Source: Planctomycetota bacterium (GTDB taxonomy: Bacteria > Planctomycetota > E44-bin39). Taken from it: 64,000 nt of DNA. The translations under genes were made by a program, and so were the position numbers. Positions 63,651-64,000 of the stretch are shown piece after piece; within the stretch, counting starts at the first letter, position 1; every line of letters begins with the position of its first letter. The stretch is from NCBI GenBank assembly GCA_004376375.1, contig SOJX01000087.1:81238-145237 (forward strand), in the 5' to 3' direction. The notes beneath the pieces are model-generated. The model did not search any database. It was not told the DNA's origin and saw only the letters and a list, made by a program, of their open reading frames with translations.

Positions 63651-64000
63651 GCGCCGTTTGCTGCATTAGAAGCTGTAGAGGCGGGTCTCAGACCCGCCCA
63701 TATCGCGCGAAGCTCATTATAACCGACCAACCGAATAACCGGGCAACCGAACAACCATTCAACCGCTTGCACAATCCGCGTTTGGGTGTAGAATATAGAA
63801 GAAGTCCTGAGTCCCGAGTCCTGAGTCCTGAGTCAGAAGAAAAGAAATAATAATGCGCGGCGGAGCCGCACAAAACGGAACCGCGAAGCGGTGAAATATA
63901 GTAGCCCAGGGCGTGAGCCCTGGGTATGAGTACCCAATAATTTCAGAGAGCCCTGAAAGGGCGAAACAATCTGGAGAACAGGATGATTTTTGTACCGCCC

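Overview
This 64-kb window is from a bacterium with a compositionally heterogeneous genome. About 16.6 kb at the left edge is AT-rich. The rest is GC-rich (around 60% by eye) and carries one AT-rich insert at about 44.7-50.0 kb. All calls are from reading the sequence and the ORF translations; no database search was run. From start to end the window contains: (1) a mobile-element or defense-like block with a 5'-truncated HerA/FtsK-like ATPase, an SRA-HNH modification-dependent nuclease broken by one in-frame TAG, a short Mig/MutY-catalytic-domain-like HhH-GPD glycosylase, a DUF3800 protein, three consecutive ParB/Srx-fold proteins and a large serine recombinase; (2) a livKHMGF branched-chain amino-acid ABC transporter operon with a B12-radical-SAM gene and a membrane protein inserted in it; (3) secreted proteins, including a gingipain (C25)-like giant protease; (4) a GH130/GT4 glycoside cluster flanked by an approximately 82-bp direct repeat; (5) housekeeping genes (flotillin, TPR protein, ThiI-like PP-loop ATPase, TolB-like propeller, fused radical-SAM/DUF2344, PLP decarboxylase, PqaA-like lipoprotein, hflX, nadB); (6) an AT-rich island with an MmeI-like type IIL/IIG restriction-modification (R-M) fusion enzyme, preceded by tandemly duplicated noncoding modules and followed by a hairpin-dense REP-like region; (7) two tandem paralogous secreted prenyltransferase-repeat proteins; (8) a GspI/J/K-like minor-pilin operon converging on comEC, whose K/PilX-like member carries about 14 tandem DnaJ-type CxxCxGxG zinc-finger-like units; (9) a genome-wide family of intergenic tandem 7-8-mer repeats that form long hairpins. 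No rRNA, tRNA or CRISPR array was recognised.
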